A stretch of DNA of 63,534 nucleotides, filler included, from Saprolegnia diclina VS20 (taxonomy: Eukaryota): assembly GCF_000281045.1 (NCBI RefSeq). It is 9 parts of 4 records of this genome, joined end to end, with 100 filler letters (N's around TTAATTAATTAA, not from the genome) between each part and the next. Parts side by side here need not be neighbours in the genome. Positions count along the whole stretch, not along the records: positions 1 to 20,680 come from NW_008246175.1; 8 more parts are not named here. One strand, written 5' to 3'. The stretch's first letter is position 1, and each line of letters opens with the position of its first letter. Below, one piece after another: positions 1 through 13,292 of this stretch. The notes under the pieces are model-generated. The model had not been told where the DNA came from and made no database searches. It worked only from the letters and a program-made list of their open reading frames with translations. A program made the translations under genes and the position numbers.

Positions 1-426
1 GGAGTGTTCTTGGTCGGAAACGACACTCGCACTCGCGGTCTTCCCTCTGTGGACGTTGCAGACCTTCTTGCTCGACGCTCCGCCACGTCCAAAGAAAAAA
101 ATTCTTGACGTCAACTTGTCATTTGTTACGAAAGGAGTTCCTTCAATGGCGCTTGCATAGCCCTGCACAGGACCGTCGGCACGAAGCGCTGGCTCGAGCG
201 GCACCAGAAGCTCGGGAATGAGCGACAATGGCTGCTTGGAGCGTGTGAATTGAACTAGGAGACTCACGTTGGCTGCCCGACAACTGAGAGTCTCACGCCA
301 ACAAACTGTGCTACAGCCGTACTGCAGCAACGCGACCGAACGCAGCTGGCCGATCACCCCGATAAAGTACGAATTCATCCGTACCTAACGATGCGCACTT
401 AATCGGCACTTGCCATCGCCGACGCG

Positions 427-3400
427 ATGGAGCTCGAGATCCATGTGCGCCGAGCGCGGAACCTGACGTTCGCCGCGTCCTCCGTTGACCCGGCGGCGCT
501 GGAGCTGCGCATCCAATGCTCCGTCAACGGCGACCTCCGGAGCAGCGGCAGCGGCAAGCGGTCGTCGTCCAAGGGCTTTGACGGCTACGTCTGGCGCGGC
601 GACGCCGGTGTGCTGCGGTGGCACCTCTCGCTCACCGACTTTCGCCGCCTCAAGAGCATGCGCCCAACGCTCAAAATCTACGTCTTTGGCATTGGCGCCC
701 AGGTTCATACGCTCGGCTGGTTCTTCCTCGACTTACGGTACCTTAATAACGTTGTGGCAGAGGTATCATGGAGACTTGTATTGCTAGGACACCCGACACG
801 GCGCTGCGCTGGGTCAAAATCCTCAACTCCAAGCACCACGGCGAAGTGTACGTCAAGAGCCAACTCGCCAAGGCGAGCGTGGCGCCTGCACCATCGACGC
901 CGCAGGCCTTACCTGCCACCGCCGTGACCACCACCGAGCCCATGGCGACCGAGGCTCCCGAGTGCCTGGTGGTCGGACCAATCGAGACAGCGACCGACGT
1001 CTTCCTCCTCACCGTCACCTTGGTCAACGCACGCGAGATGACGGCCATGATCACGAAATTGCTTCAGAAATCGTCGCCGAATGAGATCGCCGCCATCAAG
1101 AGCGCGGGCTTCTGGCTCGCATACTCGCTCTTTGACGTCCTCGTACAAAGCGACGCGTTCACGTCGCTCGAGTCGGCCAGCTTTGGGCTTCTCCGCGGCG
1201 TCTTTCGGCTCCAGAGCTCGCTGGGATTCCTGCGCGAGCACACGCTGGCGACGCCCCTGCCTCTCTTCCTCTGCACGGTCGACCGCATCCTCGGGCGTGT
1301 CGAAATGCCGCTGCGCACGCTCGCCGAGCTCGACTTGCCCGCGCACGCCGAAGGCAGCTACCCGTTTGAGCCCTCCCACGCGACCAAAGGTAGAGCCAAC
1401 TCTTGGCGCAGTCTTTGCTAAAACGGCGTAGGCACGCCATTGGGGGTCGTGGACGTCGCGCTGGATCTCGTGCTCGAAGCTCCGACCAGCGTAGAGCCAG
1501 AAGTCGCGGTCGCGGTCGAACCAACGCCGTTGCGGAGTGCTTTTTACGGCAACATCGACTACTTGGAGCTCCATCATCACCAGCATCTGGACACGGATGG
1601 CGGTATGCTGGAGCTCACGACATCCAGCTCGGACGAGAGCCTTCGCGCCCCGATGATCGTGGCGGAGCACCGAGATGCGGTGCTAATGTGGACGGACGGG
1701 CTCTCTTGGCTCTCGCCTACGGCCCGTGACGACGTGACCGTCACTGTCGGCGAGGTGCAAGTGCACGCGACCTTATTGCACGACGTGCACTCGGCCGTGC
1801 TTTACGAAGACGACGGTCGCGCTGTGGGTACCATCTTTTACAGCTACACCTCCGAAGTGCCACCGCCATCAACCCTCGAGCGCCCCGGGTCCCCACTCGT
1901 GCTCGTGCTCCAAATTCTCTCGATCAAAGCCACGAGTCACTGGGACACGACCAGTACCCCGGTGCACGTTGCGTTCGAACCTTCCCTCGTCGAGACCAAG
2001 AGCGGCCCTCGCTGTGCGTACTCCTTGCCTACAATCTCAATCTCAATCTCAAACGTAGTGTCGACATCTCGCATCTCACTTCGCGCAAAAGAAGACGTCG
2101 ACGTCGAGGCGGCCAAGACGGTGTTTTGCCACGTGCAAGCATCGCAGCTCCAACGGCCGTGGCAGCTGCATCTCGAGACGACCGCCCACGAGAGCATCGC
2201 GGTCGCTACGCTCAGCCTCGCGTACCTCGGTATGCTCAAGCAGAGCCAGCGCTGCGACCTCTGTGGCGAGCTTCTTGCAGAAGATACCGACCACGCCCAC
2301 GACGGCGCGCCACAAAGCGTCACAACCTTTACGTACTGCGAAGTCTACGTACCGGCCGTGCGCCCCGGCTCGGACACGGCCGCAGCCACCTTGCACGTTG
2401 TGGCCACACTGCAAGACAAGTACCCGATCGCGCCAGTGTACCCCCCGCCCCTTGCGAGCCCCCGCCCAGTGGTGACGCCCAGGCCTCTGCAAGCCAAGCC
2501 TGTCCAGCAGACCCATCACGACGACGCCATGGTCGCGACAGATGACGTATCGCCGACGACTCGAGTCGGGGTAGTAGCACCCGGACCAGCCTTGAGGACG
2601 CCAGTACGAGAGACTTCACGCCGCGTCTACTGATGACTCATCGAACGGTGTAGGATACAACAAACGCGACAATAGCATGCACATGTGCGGCAACGCTCGC
2701 CGCCGAGAAGCGCGTTCTCGCAGAAAAGCAGCGCGAGCTGCAGGCGACGCACCACCGACGCATGGAAGCGCTGGAAGCCGAGTGGGCAAGTCGCGAGAAA
2801 GACCGCGTCCAAACGGTCGTCTTGCTACCTTGATACGTTGAAACTCACGTCGCAGTAGGTGCGCGTCGCGCAGCACGAGTACATGGCTCTCGAGACCGAG
2901 CTGCGCAAGACATTGGCCGAGCTTGAGCAGCGCGAACGGCGCCTCGCGCACGCCGAAGAGTCGGCGCGGCTTCAGAGCGAGCTCCAAAAGCAAGAGACCG
3001 AGGCCAACGAGCGCCGGGTGAAGCGAGAGACGTCGGCGACGCTGCAGAGCATGGAGGCGCAGCTCGAGCGCCTTCACGTCGAATTGCGGGCGATGCAAGG
3101 TCGGGCCGAACGGGCCGAAGCGCGCGCCACCTCGCTGGAGCAAGACATGACGACGGTCCGCGCCGAGCTGCGCAAGAGCCCCGAGCATGCCCTTCGGCAA
3201 GAAGTCGTGCGCTGCGAAGCGACCATTGCGTCCCTCGTACGCACCGATGCGATAGTTTAACCTTGTCACGCGTATATATGGAGCGTAGGAGAAGCGGCTA
3301 CGCGACATGGACCTCGAGAAAGCCAAAGCGGACGCGACACAAATGGAGCTCGTCGCGCAAGTCGAGCGACTCACGCTGCTCCTGCAGCGCGAGAAGCGCA

Positions 3401-3690
3401 AGCAAGAAGACGAGAAAGCGAGTGAAATCGACAAGCTCCGGCTCAAATACCGGGCGCGCGAGGAGCGGTTTGTCTTGGACGGCGACCGCGAAGAGCTCCG
3501 AGCCATCAAGAAGCAGCTCGATCTGCTCCGAGAGGTGAGCGGGCGCGATGTGCATCCCGAGGTCACGCGCCTTCAGCGGGAGAAGGACGACCTAATGCAG
3601 CGAGGCGGGTACGCCGCCGACAGCCCCGTCATCGTCGAGCTTGATCGCCGCATTTTGGCGGCTCGAAACACGGGTCTTCGACGACCGTAG
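427..3690 (+). CDS. CEP120: CEP120-like centriolar protein (N-terminal C2 domains, C-terminal coiled coil), multi-exon
   Basis: N-terminal C2-like segment 'LRWHLSLTDFRRLKSMRPTLKIYVF...LGWFFLDLR...WVKILNSK', coiled coil 'MEALEAEWASREKDR' and C-terminal 'VTRLQREKDDLMQRGGYAADSPVIVELDRRI' all resemble CEP120. GT-AG introns at 738-787, 1390-1431, ~2604-2653, ~2816-2858 and ~3238-3288 link the ORFs. Confidence 0.8.
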
Positions 3691-4646
3691 CTAATAGCAC
3701 ATTTGTCAAAGGCTTTTTGTTTTCTTAGTGTCCCTAAATGTACTCGCCCATGCGTGGCTCCTAGTCTTGAGACTTGGGCAGTGGTAGCCCAAATGGTGAC
3801 TCTGCGACGCAACAAGACGACGCGCGACCGCTTCGGGTGACCGATTTCAGAGAGCTTCCTCGGTCGAGCTGACTCCCACAGACGCAGAACTCCATCACAG
3901 CCAGACGGGGTCGCTGCAAGCAACTCAACTTCGTCAGCAACACGCGTGTGGCGGGATGTCGCCGGTGGACGCTCATCCCTGCAGTGTCAAGGCGCCATGT
4001 TGCGTGTCGAGGTGAGATGCGCCTGGCCAATAATGATGACGTGGCAGTTTTTGCGAGCTCGACACAAGAGCAAAGTCAGGTGCCGCGTCTCAGCAGTAGT
4101 CCGAGCACGGCACGGAGGACCCACGGATTCCTCTGTCAGTGTCGGCTGCAGTTGACAGTTGCTGCCTCCAACGGGATTCCAATCAAACGTTTGTATAAAC
4201 ACTTAACTACGGACACAGAGAACTTAGTCGCAACGCCTAGGGCGACGGCGCGGCAGTTGTAAGCGTGGCCGAGATCGCCACGATGTGGACACCGAGCATT
4301 GTCTCGTCGACGTCCGTACAGGAGGGCGCTTCGTCGTTGGTCGCATCCAAATTGATGGCGGGCACCATGACGCGGACGGGGCGCGTCGGCTGCGTCGGGC
4401 GGGGCATCGTTTTGCGTCTTGTGTCGTGTGAGGGAAATTGGCAACTGAACCGGAGCTGCCGCGCGCGTGTGTGACTCACACTGCAACGTCGGCAAGCCAC
4501 GTCAACTGGCAACAGTAGGCGACACCCAGGAGCGACGCGGACTGACTCGCTGGCGACCGTCGAACAACTGCATCCCACTGGGCTCATTCAACTCGGATGC
4601 ATAAATATACATACGTTCGGTGGCATATGCACGTTATATGGACCTC

Positions 4647-7600
4647 CTACGCGTTCTCTCGCATTTCGCGCTCGTATCTATCACCATCGCGTCAGCTCCA
4701 TCGCACAAGCCAACTGGATCGTACCTCGATTTGTCCGTCTCTTGGGCTTCGTTCCACGGCTCCTTCTCCTCGTCCGTCATGGCGAGCCAGAGGTCCGTGA
4801 GCTTGGACATGAGCTCCACGATGCCCGTGCCCTCGGGCATTGACGCACGCACTTCGTTGCGCTTGGCGAGGCTGAAAAGAACGTACGCGCTCCGCGGCTT
4901 CTTCACGGGCTTCTTGTTCTCCGCGCCTGCATCAATCAGAAATCTATCATAATACAAAGAAGCTCGGCTACCTTTCTTGGCCTTTTTGCTGTTGGTCGGT
5001 GTCGACGCTTGCTTCATGGCCGTTGGCGACCACGGGCTCTTGGGCAAGCGTTTGGCGTCGCCCTGCTGCTCTTCGGACGTCAGCACCGACGCTGGCCGCT
5101 TCCTACATTGCGGAGCTTGAGAATCGATATTGTCGCTTGTTGTAGCAATGTACTTGGTCGGGAGGTAGCTCAAATAGTCCATGTGGATGTCCCAGGACGG
5201 CTGGCCTTCCTTGGCGTTGGCAATCTATGCCGAGTGAGTGCCTTTTTTACTACAGGACGCAAGAAAGACCGTACCGGCGTCGCAATGTGCTGAATCTGCT
5301 GCAAAATCGAACTCAGCTGGCACTTGACGTGCTTGGCGCAAAACTTGAGCGCGATCGTCGACGCTTCCTTGTCCGACGACGTGGCAATCATCTGCACAAG
5401 CTCTTCCACGAGGCTCTCGCTCATGTCGGTCGACGACGCCTTCTTTTCCACGGCCGCAGCCGGCGCCTTGCCCTCTTTCTTGGCGCGCTTCGCCTCACGC
5501 TGGGCCTGCATCTTCTTGGCTTCCTTCATGATCATCTCGTCCACGCGCGCTTGGTTCTACATCGATCACCATGGGCTTGTGCGCAAAACACTCTGGGCAT
5601 GCAACGTACCCGGTTGAGGTCGGCCTTGGCCGCCGCGATACGCTCGGCGAGGTCTTTGCGTTGCAGCTGGAGCTCGGCCTTGAGCGCGCTATCGCGCTTT
5701 TCTTTCTGCTCAAAGTCCAAGTTGTCCTTTTCGCAAATGCGCATGAGCGCGTCGCAGCGACGCCCGAGCTCGGCCGAGCTGCGGCTCTTGAGGTAGTAGT
5801 CGAACGTGCACACGTCCGCTTGGTGGATCTCGCGCTTGATCTTGTCCCACGCGCCATACCCGTACGTGTTGACGAGGCACAGCAAGAGTCGGTCTTCCTC
5901 CTCCGTAAAGAGCTTCCCGCCCTTGCCTTGGTAGTTGATGACAAGGTCCTCGAGCGGGTTCTCGTAGCGCTTGACTTTGAGCGCAGTCTGCTCGGCGAGG
6001 CGCTCGATCTCAAGGAGCTTCGACTCGCCCTTCTCGATCGACTTGCGCAGCTTCTCCCAGTCGTTGAGCTCGGGGCCGCGGCGCCAAAACGTCTCGGCGT
6101 ACCGCGTGACTTCGTCGAGCGGCTTGCTCATCTCGCGCGCGACCGCCGTGAGGTTGGCGCGGCCGTACCGCCCCAAGAGCTTGACAAAGAGGAAAAACTG
6201 GGGCTTGTTCCAGTCCGCAAACGCCTCCCGAAGCAGCGTCTCCTTCTCTTCTTGGAGCTCAGGCGACAAAAAGTTGGCTTCCTTGAGGTCATCTTGGGAC
6301 GTCGCTTTGGCGGCCTCGTACGCAGCAACTTCGATTTCGTGGAGCTCGACGAGGCGGTGGCGCTGGAAAAACTGCCACTCGTCCATGCGCGGCAATCTAC
6401 TCGGCACATGGAAACAAATTGAGCAAAACAGAAAGCATACCGAAGCGCCTTGGGGAGCTGCTTGAGCTTGGACGCCTTGACCTTGCTCGACACCTCGTCC
6501 GTCTTGAGCACCGTGCGGCGCTCGCGCTTGCCCATGCCGTCGGCCAGCGTCTTGGCAAACTCGAGGTCGGCGAGGCGCTTGAGTTCTTCGAGGCGCTCCT
6601 TCTCCTTCGAGTAGTCGACGCCGTCGACGACCTGCATGTTGCCGCCGTCGAGCTTAAAGTTGAGCAAGTCGCCCTTGTCATGCGCTTGCATCTTTTGGTT
6701 CATCTCTTCCGTGCGCGCTTCGCCGTTGGCCAAGATCGCGTCAATGTCGTCGTCCGTGATCTGCTGGTCGTCGTTTGCTCGAAACACTTCGTCGGCGCCA
6801 AACCGAATCATGTCGAGCATGTCTGATTTCGAGAGGTTCTTCTGCTTCTCCTGGAGCCGACCTTGCTGCACGACCATTGCATCGAGCTTGAGCTTTTGTT
6901 GCGCGCGCTCAATGATCTTTTCTTCGACCGAGTTGGACGTCACAAAACGATAGACGTGGACCTCCTTCTTTTGGCCAATGCGATGGGCACGGTCCTGCGC
7001 CTGCAGATCGGCCTGCGGGTTCCAGTCCGAGTCGTACAAAATGACAATGTCGGCCGTGTACAAGTTGATGCCGAGACCGCCCGCGCGCGTACTCAGCAAA
7101 AAGATAAACTTGGACGAGTTCGGACGGTTGTACGCGTCGATCGACGCTTCGCGCTCGTCGTACGACGTTTGGCCGTCAATGCGGCAGTACCTAACCCTCC
7201 CAGTTAGCACGACGCACGCAGACATACGTCGTACTCGTGCTGCCGCATGCGGCAATAGTCTTCCATGATGTCCAGCACGCGCGTCATTTGAGAAAAGATG
7301 AGCACCCGCGACCCGCGCTCCTTGAGACGACGCAGGAGCTTGTCCATGAGGATCATCTTGCCGCAGTTGTCGACGAGATGCTCGCCCATCGGCGGCAACG
7401 TCCGGTCTTCTTGGCCCTCGAACAGGTACGGGTGGCCGCAGCACTTGCGCAGTTGCCTACCCATTCCAGCATGAAGAGACATGCTACACTGTATAATCCT
7501 ACATGACGATGTTTTGGAGCGCGCTCTTGGACGCGGTCGTGCCGCCCGTGAGCGTGTTCATGTCGCGCAAAAGCAGCGTCTTGTACAGCGCCTTTTGCAT

Positions 7601-9128
7601 TGGCGTCATGCCCACAAAGAGCAGTGTTTCCTTCTTGGGTGGCAGACTCTTCTCGACGTCGGCTTTCAAGCGGCGGAGCATGAAGGGTCGCAGAATACGG
7701 TGCAGCTGCGTGATCATCTGCTTCTTGGCTTCTTCGTCCTCCGTGTCCAAGTTGAACCTATATGCGCACAAGCATTCGCGTCAACTCGTTGCTAGAATCG
7801 ACGACGCACCATTCGTCAAACTGCTCGGACGAGCTAAAGACGTCGGGCAGCAAAAAGTTGAGCAGCGCCCAGAGCTCGTGGAGGTTGTTTTGGAGCGGTG
7901 TGCCCGTGAGCAAGAGGCGGTGCTCGGTTGCAAGCATCCGCACGACGGTCGAGAACTGCGACGACTCGTTCTTGATGCGATGCGCTTCGTCAATGATGAG
8001 GTACCGCCACGCAAACTTGCACAGCGTCGTCTTGGCCTTCAAGCACATTTCAAATGTCGTGACGCACACGTCAAAGCGCCGGTCGTCGTTGGACGTGCCA
8101 GGGCAGAGCACGTCGTCGATCATGCGCTGGCGCTCGTCCTTGTCGCCGTGAAACTTGACCGCACGGAGCGACGGGCACCAGCGCGCAAACTCGGCGAGCC
8201 AGTTGCTTAGCGTCGACTTGGGCACAAGCACAATGTGGGGGCCCGAGATGTTCTGGAACTCCTTAAAGTACCCCAGCACCGAGATCGTCTGGAGCGTCTT
8301 CCCGAGACCCATCTCGTCGGCAAGGATACCGTTGATGCCTTGGTTGGCCAGGTTGACCATCCAGCTGAGCCCTTCGAGCTGGTACTGCCGCATCGTGCCA
8401 AACTTGATGACGCTCGGCTGCACGGTGAGGCGGACGGTATCGTGCTTGTCGTGGAGAAGCTCGTCGTCCTCTTCCCGCTCGGATTTTTTGGCCTTCTTGG
8501 ACGTCGTTGCCTTCTTCGGCTCCGTCACGCCAAAGTGCTTGAAGATATCGCTCTGGGAGAGGAGGTACTGGAGCCGCGCCGAGGCCGACCCAGCCTTCTT
8601 CGCTGCGAGTTCGTCTTTTTGGCGCTGCTCTTCCGCGCGGAGCGCGTCCCGTTCACTACGGGCTTGGCTCACGAGCTCCTGTCGCGCGCGCTTCGACTCG
8701 ACTTGCTCGTCCGTGAGCGGTTTGGCCGGGCGCTTCTTCTCGCGCGCGATCTCTGCTGCGGTCGGTTTGCGTTCGCGCTTGCCGTCAATGCGGTCGCGCT
8801 CTTCGCGCTTCCGCGCCCGCTCTTCCTCCACCTGACGATCGCGCGCCAAGCACTCTTCTTCGTAGCGAAGACGGTCCGCACGCGCTGCGTCCAAGTACGG
8901 TTCGCGTTCTTCCGGCGTCAGGTTGGCCCAGCGCGCGCTGACTTCGCGCTGGACAACGCCGACGTCGACACCGGCCCCGTCGACCTGGGCCTCAATGGAC
9001 GCGTCGTCACCGGCGCTACCGACCTCGTTGAGCTCGGAGCGGATCGAGCTCATGGCATGCTTCTGGAAGTGGGCGTACGCGCTCTTGGGCTTGACCAGCG
9101 GCGCGGTCGTCGTCTCGTCCGTCGCCAT
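4647..9128 (-). CDS. ISWI: ISWI/SNF2-family chromatin-remodeling ATPase with HAND-SANT-SLIDE and N- and C-terminal HMG boxes, multi-exon
   Basis: '[17 protein letters not shown]', '[10 protein letters not shown]', '[23 protein letters not shown]', '[12 protein letters not shown]', '[21 protein letters not shown]', SANT/SLIDE '[11 protein letters not shown]...[17 protein letters not shown]'. The last short exon reads [13 protein letters not shown] (TAG at 4647-4649). Confidence 0.95.
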
Positions 9129-9363
9129 CCTCCTGTGTCCTGCCGCGGAATTGGAACCCTAAAATCCACCCGACTGCCCCGTTTTGGAATCCTGCGAGAA
9201 TGAATATTCGTTTCCAGAACCCCGCCAAATTATGGGCGCGCGTTTCATTGGCTCATACTAATATCTTTTTATCCAATCGAACGCGTTGCCGGATACGCGT
9301 ATCCGGTTTCCCTCGGCGTGTTGACACGACGTGGGGACAAAGATCTTGGTCGACGTATCGTCC
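9129..9363. promoter_or_regulatory. Short bidirectional promoter between ISWI and PP2C
   Basis: About 235-bp, more AT-rich spacer between divergent starts, with CCAAT-type motifs on both strands (ATTGG ~9247, CCAAT ~9273). Confidence 0.5.
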
Positions 9364-10734
9364 ATGCAGCACGTCGTGGGCCTGCTCCGGGACCACGCCC
9401 GGCGCCATGGCCTCCTGAGCAAGCTGCCCATGCTTCGACTCGCGCCAGCGCCGATCGAGGGCTGCGCTGGGCAGCAAAGCTCGCCGCTGTCGCGGGCCGC
9501 GGCCGCCGCCGTCCTCCTAGGCTTTGTGCACGAGTACAGCACGGCGTCGATGGAGGCGACGCACGCGACGATTCCGCTGTCGCTCGAGCGGCGTACGACG
9601 CGCGCTGGTGGCCATTTGGTCCAGCTCCGGAAGCGCAACACGACATCGGATCTAGATTTGCTCATTAGCTCGGCCGAGGTCCGCGGCGACCGGGCGACGA
9701 TGGAGGACGCGGTCTTTATCTCGCCCAACAACCGGTTCGCCGCCATCTTTGACGGGCATGGCGGCGCCGAAGTCGCCCAGTACCTCAAGGACCGATTGTA
9801 CGCGGTCATTGCCGAGAAGCTGCAGGTCGGCGACGGCCACACGATCGATGCCATCGAGCGCATTCTGCGCGACTCGTTTGCGCAGCTCGACAAGGAAATC
9901 ATCTACACGTACGCCGCGCTACCAACGACCCTATGTACTACTAGTATCTGCGTAGGAAGGAGTGGCAATACCAAGGCTCGACCGCGACCGCCGTCTTCCT
10001 CATGGACGATCTCATTTGGTCCATGAACGTTGGCGATTGCCGTGCTGTGCTCTGTCGCAACGGCAAGGCGCTTCCTCTCACGCGCGACCACAAACCGAAC
10101 GACCCGATCGAGCAGGCGCGCGTCGAGCGCATGGGCGGCCGCGTCGCGTGGCACGGCTTGCGCGACGCCCGCGGGCAGCCCGTGCCCGACATGGGTGCCT
10201 ACCGCATCAACTCCAACCTGGCGGTCGCCCGGGCTTTTGGCGACCGCGACCAGCGCCCGTGCGTCTCGATGCTTTTGTGTATGTCTCTCCTTACATATTG
10301 GTATGGCTAGGTATGTCACGGCCGAGATGGAGCTCAAGTGCTTTCGGCGGGACCCTGGTGACAAATTTGTCATTGTCGCCTCGGACGGTCTCTGGGACGT
10401 CTTTACGAGCGCCGAGGTACATGATTTTAGGAAATATGAATAGTATATGGACAAGGGCGCGTAGGTGGTGACCTTTGTGCTGGACGTCCTCGCAGGCGAA
10501 GTCGGCGGCCGCGAGTCGTGGCGCAGCGGCAGCCACGCCGAGACGAGCATCGAGCTCTTTGAGTGGAAGCAAAAGTACCAGAACGACACGAGCATGATCC
10601 AAGCGTCGCGCGCGCGGCGCAAGGCGCAGATGGCCACGTATTTAATCCAAGAGGCCCTGTACCGCGGGACAGCCGACAACGTGTCGGTCGCTGTCATTTG
10701 GCTCGATCGGCCGACGCCGATGAAGCCGTACTGA
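9364..10734 (+). CDS. Protein phosphatase 2C (PPM family), multi-exon
   Basis: 'RGDRATMED', 'AIFDGHGG', 'GSTA', 'NVGDCRAVL', 'DHKP', 'LAVARAFGD', 'ASDGLWDV', 'GTADNVSVAVI'. Introns at ~9909-9955, ~10259-10310 and ~10416-10464. Start ATG chosen at 9364. Confidence 0.93.
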
Positions 10735-12041
10735 TCGAACGAGCGGCTCCAGCGCCACGAGCACTGGAGAACGAGTTAATCAGTACATCTCTGTAAAAGA
10801 CAGTGTTCTGGCGTCCATCACTGTGGTGTGTACGTGCTGGAGCGAATCGAACCGCTGACAACTGTCCGAGCTGGAACCGGAATACGAGTCCGAGGTGTTG
10901 GCGTCGAACAATGCAAACTGAGAGCTACTACACGAGCTGCTAGCACTTCTGCGGCGTCCGGTTCTGCTCGATGACTACGGTAGCCATCTCGTGTCGCCAT
11001 GGCTGCGACCAAGAAGAGCCCCCGGTAGAACGAGTACTCGTGACGACTGCCGGTGCTAGGTCTTGGCACTTAGCCACAGACTAAACCTACTCTGAACTAA
11101 ACTTTGCGCGTGCAGAATTCATGTTGTGCCTTTGTCCATGGGCAAGATCTCGTCGGCGTGCAAACGGAGTATCTTACGAACCATCCGATTACGTCATGCA
11201 CCATCGGCTTGCATAAACACGGTGTTGCACTGCCGCAAGTGCATGGCCGTGGCTTCCACCAAAGCACGGGACGCGCGCAGCGCCATCGAGCTCGCAGTGC
11301 ATGGCGATACACTGATGGAGCTAGTATCTTGTGCAGAAGGCCCACGGGCCGTGTATAGGGCCATCTCTTCGCGGGTCGTTTGCAACAAGCCGTCTTAGCA
11401 CCAGCTGGCGTGCAGTCGCCACGCCCCTTTGCATCCACTGAAAGGCATCCTCGAAATCCTCGGCCTAAATAGGACTTTCCCGCGCTGCGCAATTCGGATG
11501 CTCTAAACACACGCCACTTTTCCGTCCACAACGTTGCCGATTGTATCGCGCATTGTGCGGATGCAGTTGCTTGATGACGCAAGGGTGCTATACGGCCGTC
11601 AGCTAGATAAACGACGTACCCGACGACATTCCATACATATAGACATTGACTCGTTACCGGTCTGGACGTATACCCCCTTGCATGTGATACGAGCCGACTA
11701 TGTCCCTTCACGGGAGGCCCTCGGAAGCCCTGAAATCGCACCGGCTTTCGCATCACTTTGTCCCAAGCTCAACAAATCGATATCTGCTACATTCATTCAG
11801 CTTGCATGGTGGCGCGCTCGAACGCAGGTTGCTGCAAGTTGGGTGTTTCTACCTGCCTGGAATTCACTTGAGCCCTGAAGAGTCCTGTTTTGTCCTAAAT
11901 GAAGTAGGGGTAGGTATATCTCCATGGACCAATGGCCTTGGCGTATTTCGAAAACGTGGATCCAATTATGGCCAATCCGTGGACACCAAATGGCACTTGT
12001 GCGTCTACTCAACAGGCTCGGAGATCGCCATGGTCATGGTC

Positions 12042-12059
12042 GTCACTTTTCCATTTGCA
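12042..12059 (+). promoter_or_regulatory. Oomycete-type initiator + flanking promoter region (INR+FPR)-like core promoter
   Basis: GTCACTTTTCCATTTGCA lies immediately before ATG 12060 and resembles the oomycete TCAYTYY-N-CAWTTT consensus. Confidence 0.5.
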
Positions 12060-13292
12060 ATGAACAGCGCCAACCAGAAGACCGCCTTGGTGGCTGCCGG
12101 CGTCGTCACCGGCGTCGCCGTGAGCTCGTTCCTCTTCCGCAAGGCCATGTACCCGGTCATGGTCCGCCGCGCCGAGACGTTCATTTTGGACATGCTCAAG
12201 GAAGCTGACATCCTCGTGGGCCGCGACATTGCGGTGCACAACCCCGAGATCTTCCTCGAGTGGTCGCGCCAGGGCATGCTCGCGATCGGCGAGTCGTACA
12301 TGGCCAAGCAGTGGGAGTCGCTCATTCCGCTCGACCAGCTCCTCACCAAGCTGCTCTTGCTGCCGTCCGACTCGAAGCGCAAGCTCTTCAAGTCGTGGGA
12401 CGCCAAGCTCGTCGCGCTCGGTGGCCGCCTCTTCAACTACCAGTCGCCGTCGCGCGCTGGTATCGTCGGTGCCCACCACTACGACATTGGCAACGACTTT
12501 TACAAGCTCTGGCTCGACCCGTGGATGCAATATTCGTGCGCGTACTTCAAGGACCTTCCGGACACGGACCTCGACCAAGCCCAGGAGAACAAGCTGCATT
12601 TGATCGCGAAGAAGCTCAAGATGGAGCCGGGCATGACCGTGCTCGAAATTGGCTGCGGCTGGGGCGGCCTCGGCATCTTCTTCGCCAAGCACTATGGCGT
12701 GCACGTGACCGGCATCACGATCTCCAACGAGCAGCTCAAGGGCGCGCGCCTCCAGGCCGAGAAGGAGGGCGTGAGCCACCTCACGCAGTACACGTACTGC
12801 GACTACCGCAAGATGACGGGGCAGTTTGACCGCGTCGTCTCGATCGCGATGCTCGAAGCCGTCGGCTACATGAACATGGACGAGTACTACACGGTCATCA
12901 ACCGGTGCCTCAAGAAGGGCGGTCTCTCGCTCGTGCACTCGATCACGTCCAACCGGTCGACCAAGACTGCGCACCAGCTCTGGATCCTCAAGTACATCTT
13001 CCCCAACGGCTTCATCCCGAGCGTCAAGCAAATGTGCGAGTTTGCCGAGAAGAAGCTCGTCGTCGAGGACGTCCACAACATTGGCCCGGACTACGACAAG
13101 ACGCTCATGGTCTGGAACACGCGTTTCCAGGAGCACCTCAAGGCCGGCAACATCGACAAGAGCGACGTCTTTGTGCGCATGTGGGAGTTCTACCTCCAGT
13201 ACTGCGCCGCCGGCTTCCGCGCGCGCACGATCCAGCTCCACCAGGTCGTGTACTCCAAGCACCGCGCCGGCCGCTACGACGCCGTCAGATAA
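12060..13292 (+). CDS. cfa: Cyclopropane-fatty-acyl-phospholipid synthase (SAM methyltransferase) with N-terminal hydrophobic anchor, intronless
   Basis: 'HYDIGNDFYKLWLDPWMQYSCAYF', SAM motif 'LEIGCGWGG', 'WILKYIFPNGFIPS', 'YLQYCAAGFRARTIQLHQVV'; colinear with E. coli-type Cfa. Confidence 0.93.
   Translation: MNSANQKTALVAAGVVTGVAVSSFLFRKAMYPVMVRRAETFILDMLKEADILVGRDIAVHNPEIFLEWSRQGMLAIGESYMAKQWESLIPLDQLLTKLLLLPSDSKRKLFKSWDAKLVALGGRLFNYQSPSRAGIVGAHHYDIGNDFYKLWLDPWMQYSCAYFKDLPDTDLDQAQENKLHLIAKKLKMEPGMTVLEIGCGWGGLGIFFAKHYGVHVTGITISNEQLKGARLQAEKEGVSHLTQYTYCDYRKMTGQFDRVVSIAMLEAVGYMNMDEYYTVINRCLKKGGLSLVHSITSNRSTKTAHQLWILKYIFPNGFIPSVKQMCEFAEKKLVVEDVHNIGPDYDKTLMVWNTRFQEHLKAGNIDKSDVFVRMWEFYLQYCAAGFRARTIQLHQVVYSKHRAGRYDAVR

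Noticed and set aside
11700..12059. 120-aa N-terminal extension of Cfa in the ORF track
   Set aside because: Non-ATG start, non-coding composition, and a core promoter motif sits just before ATG 12060.
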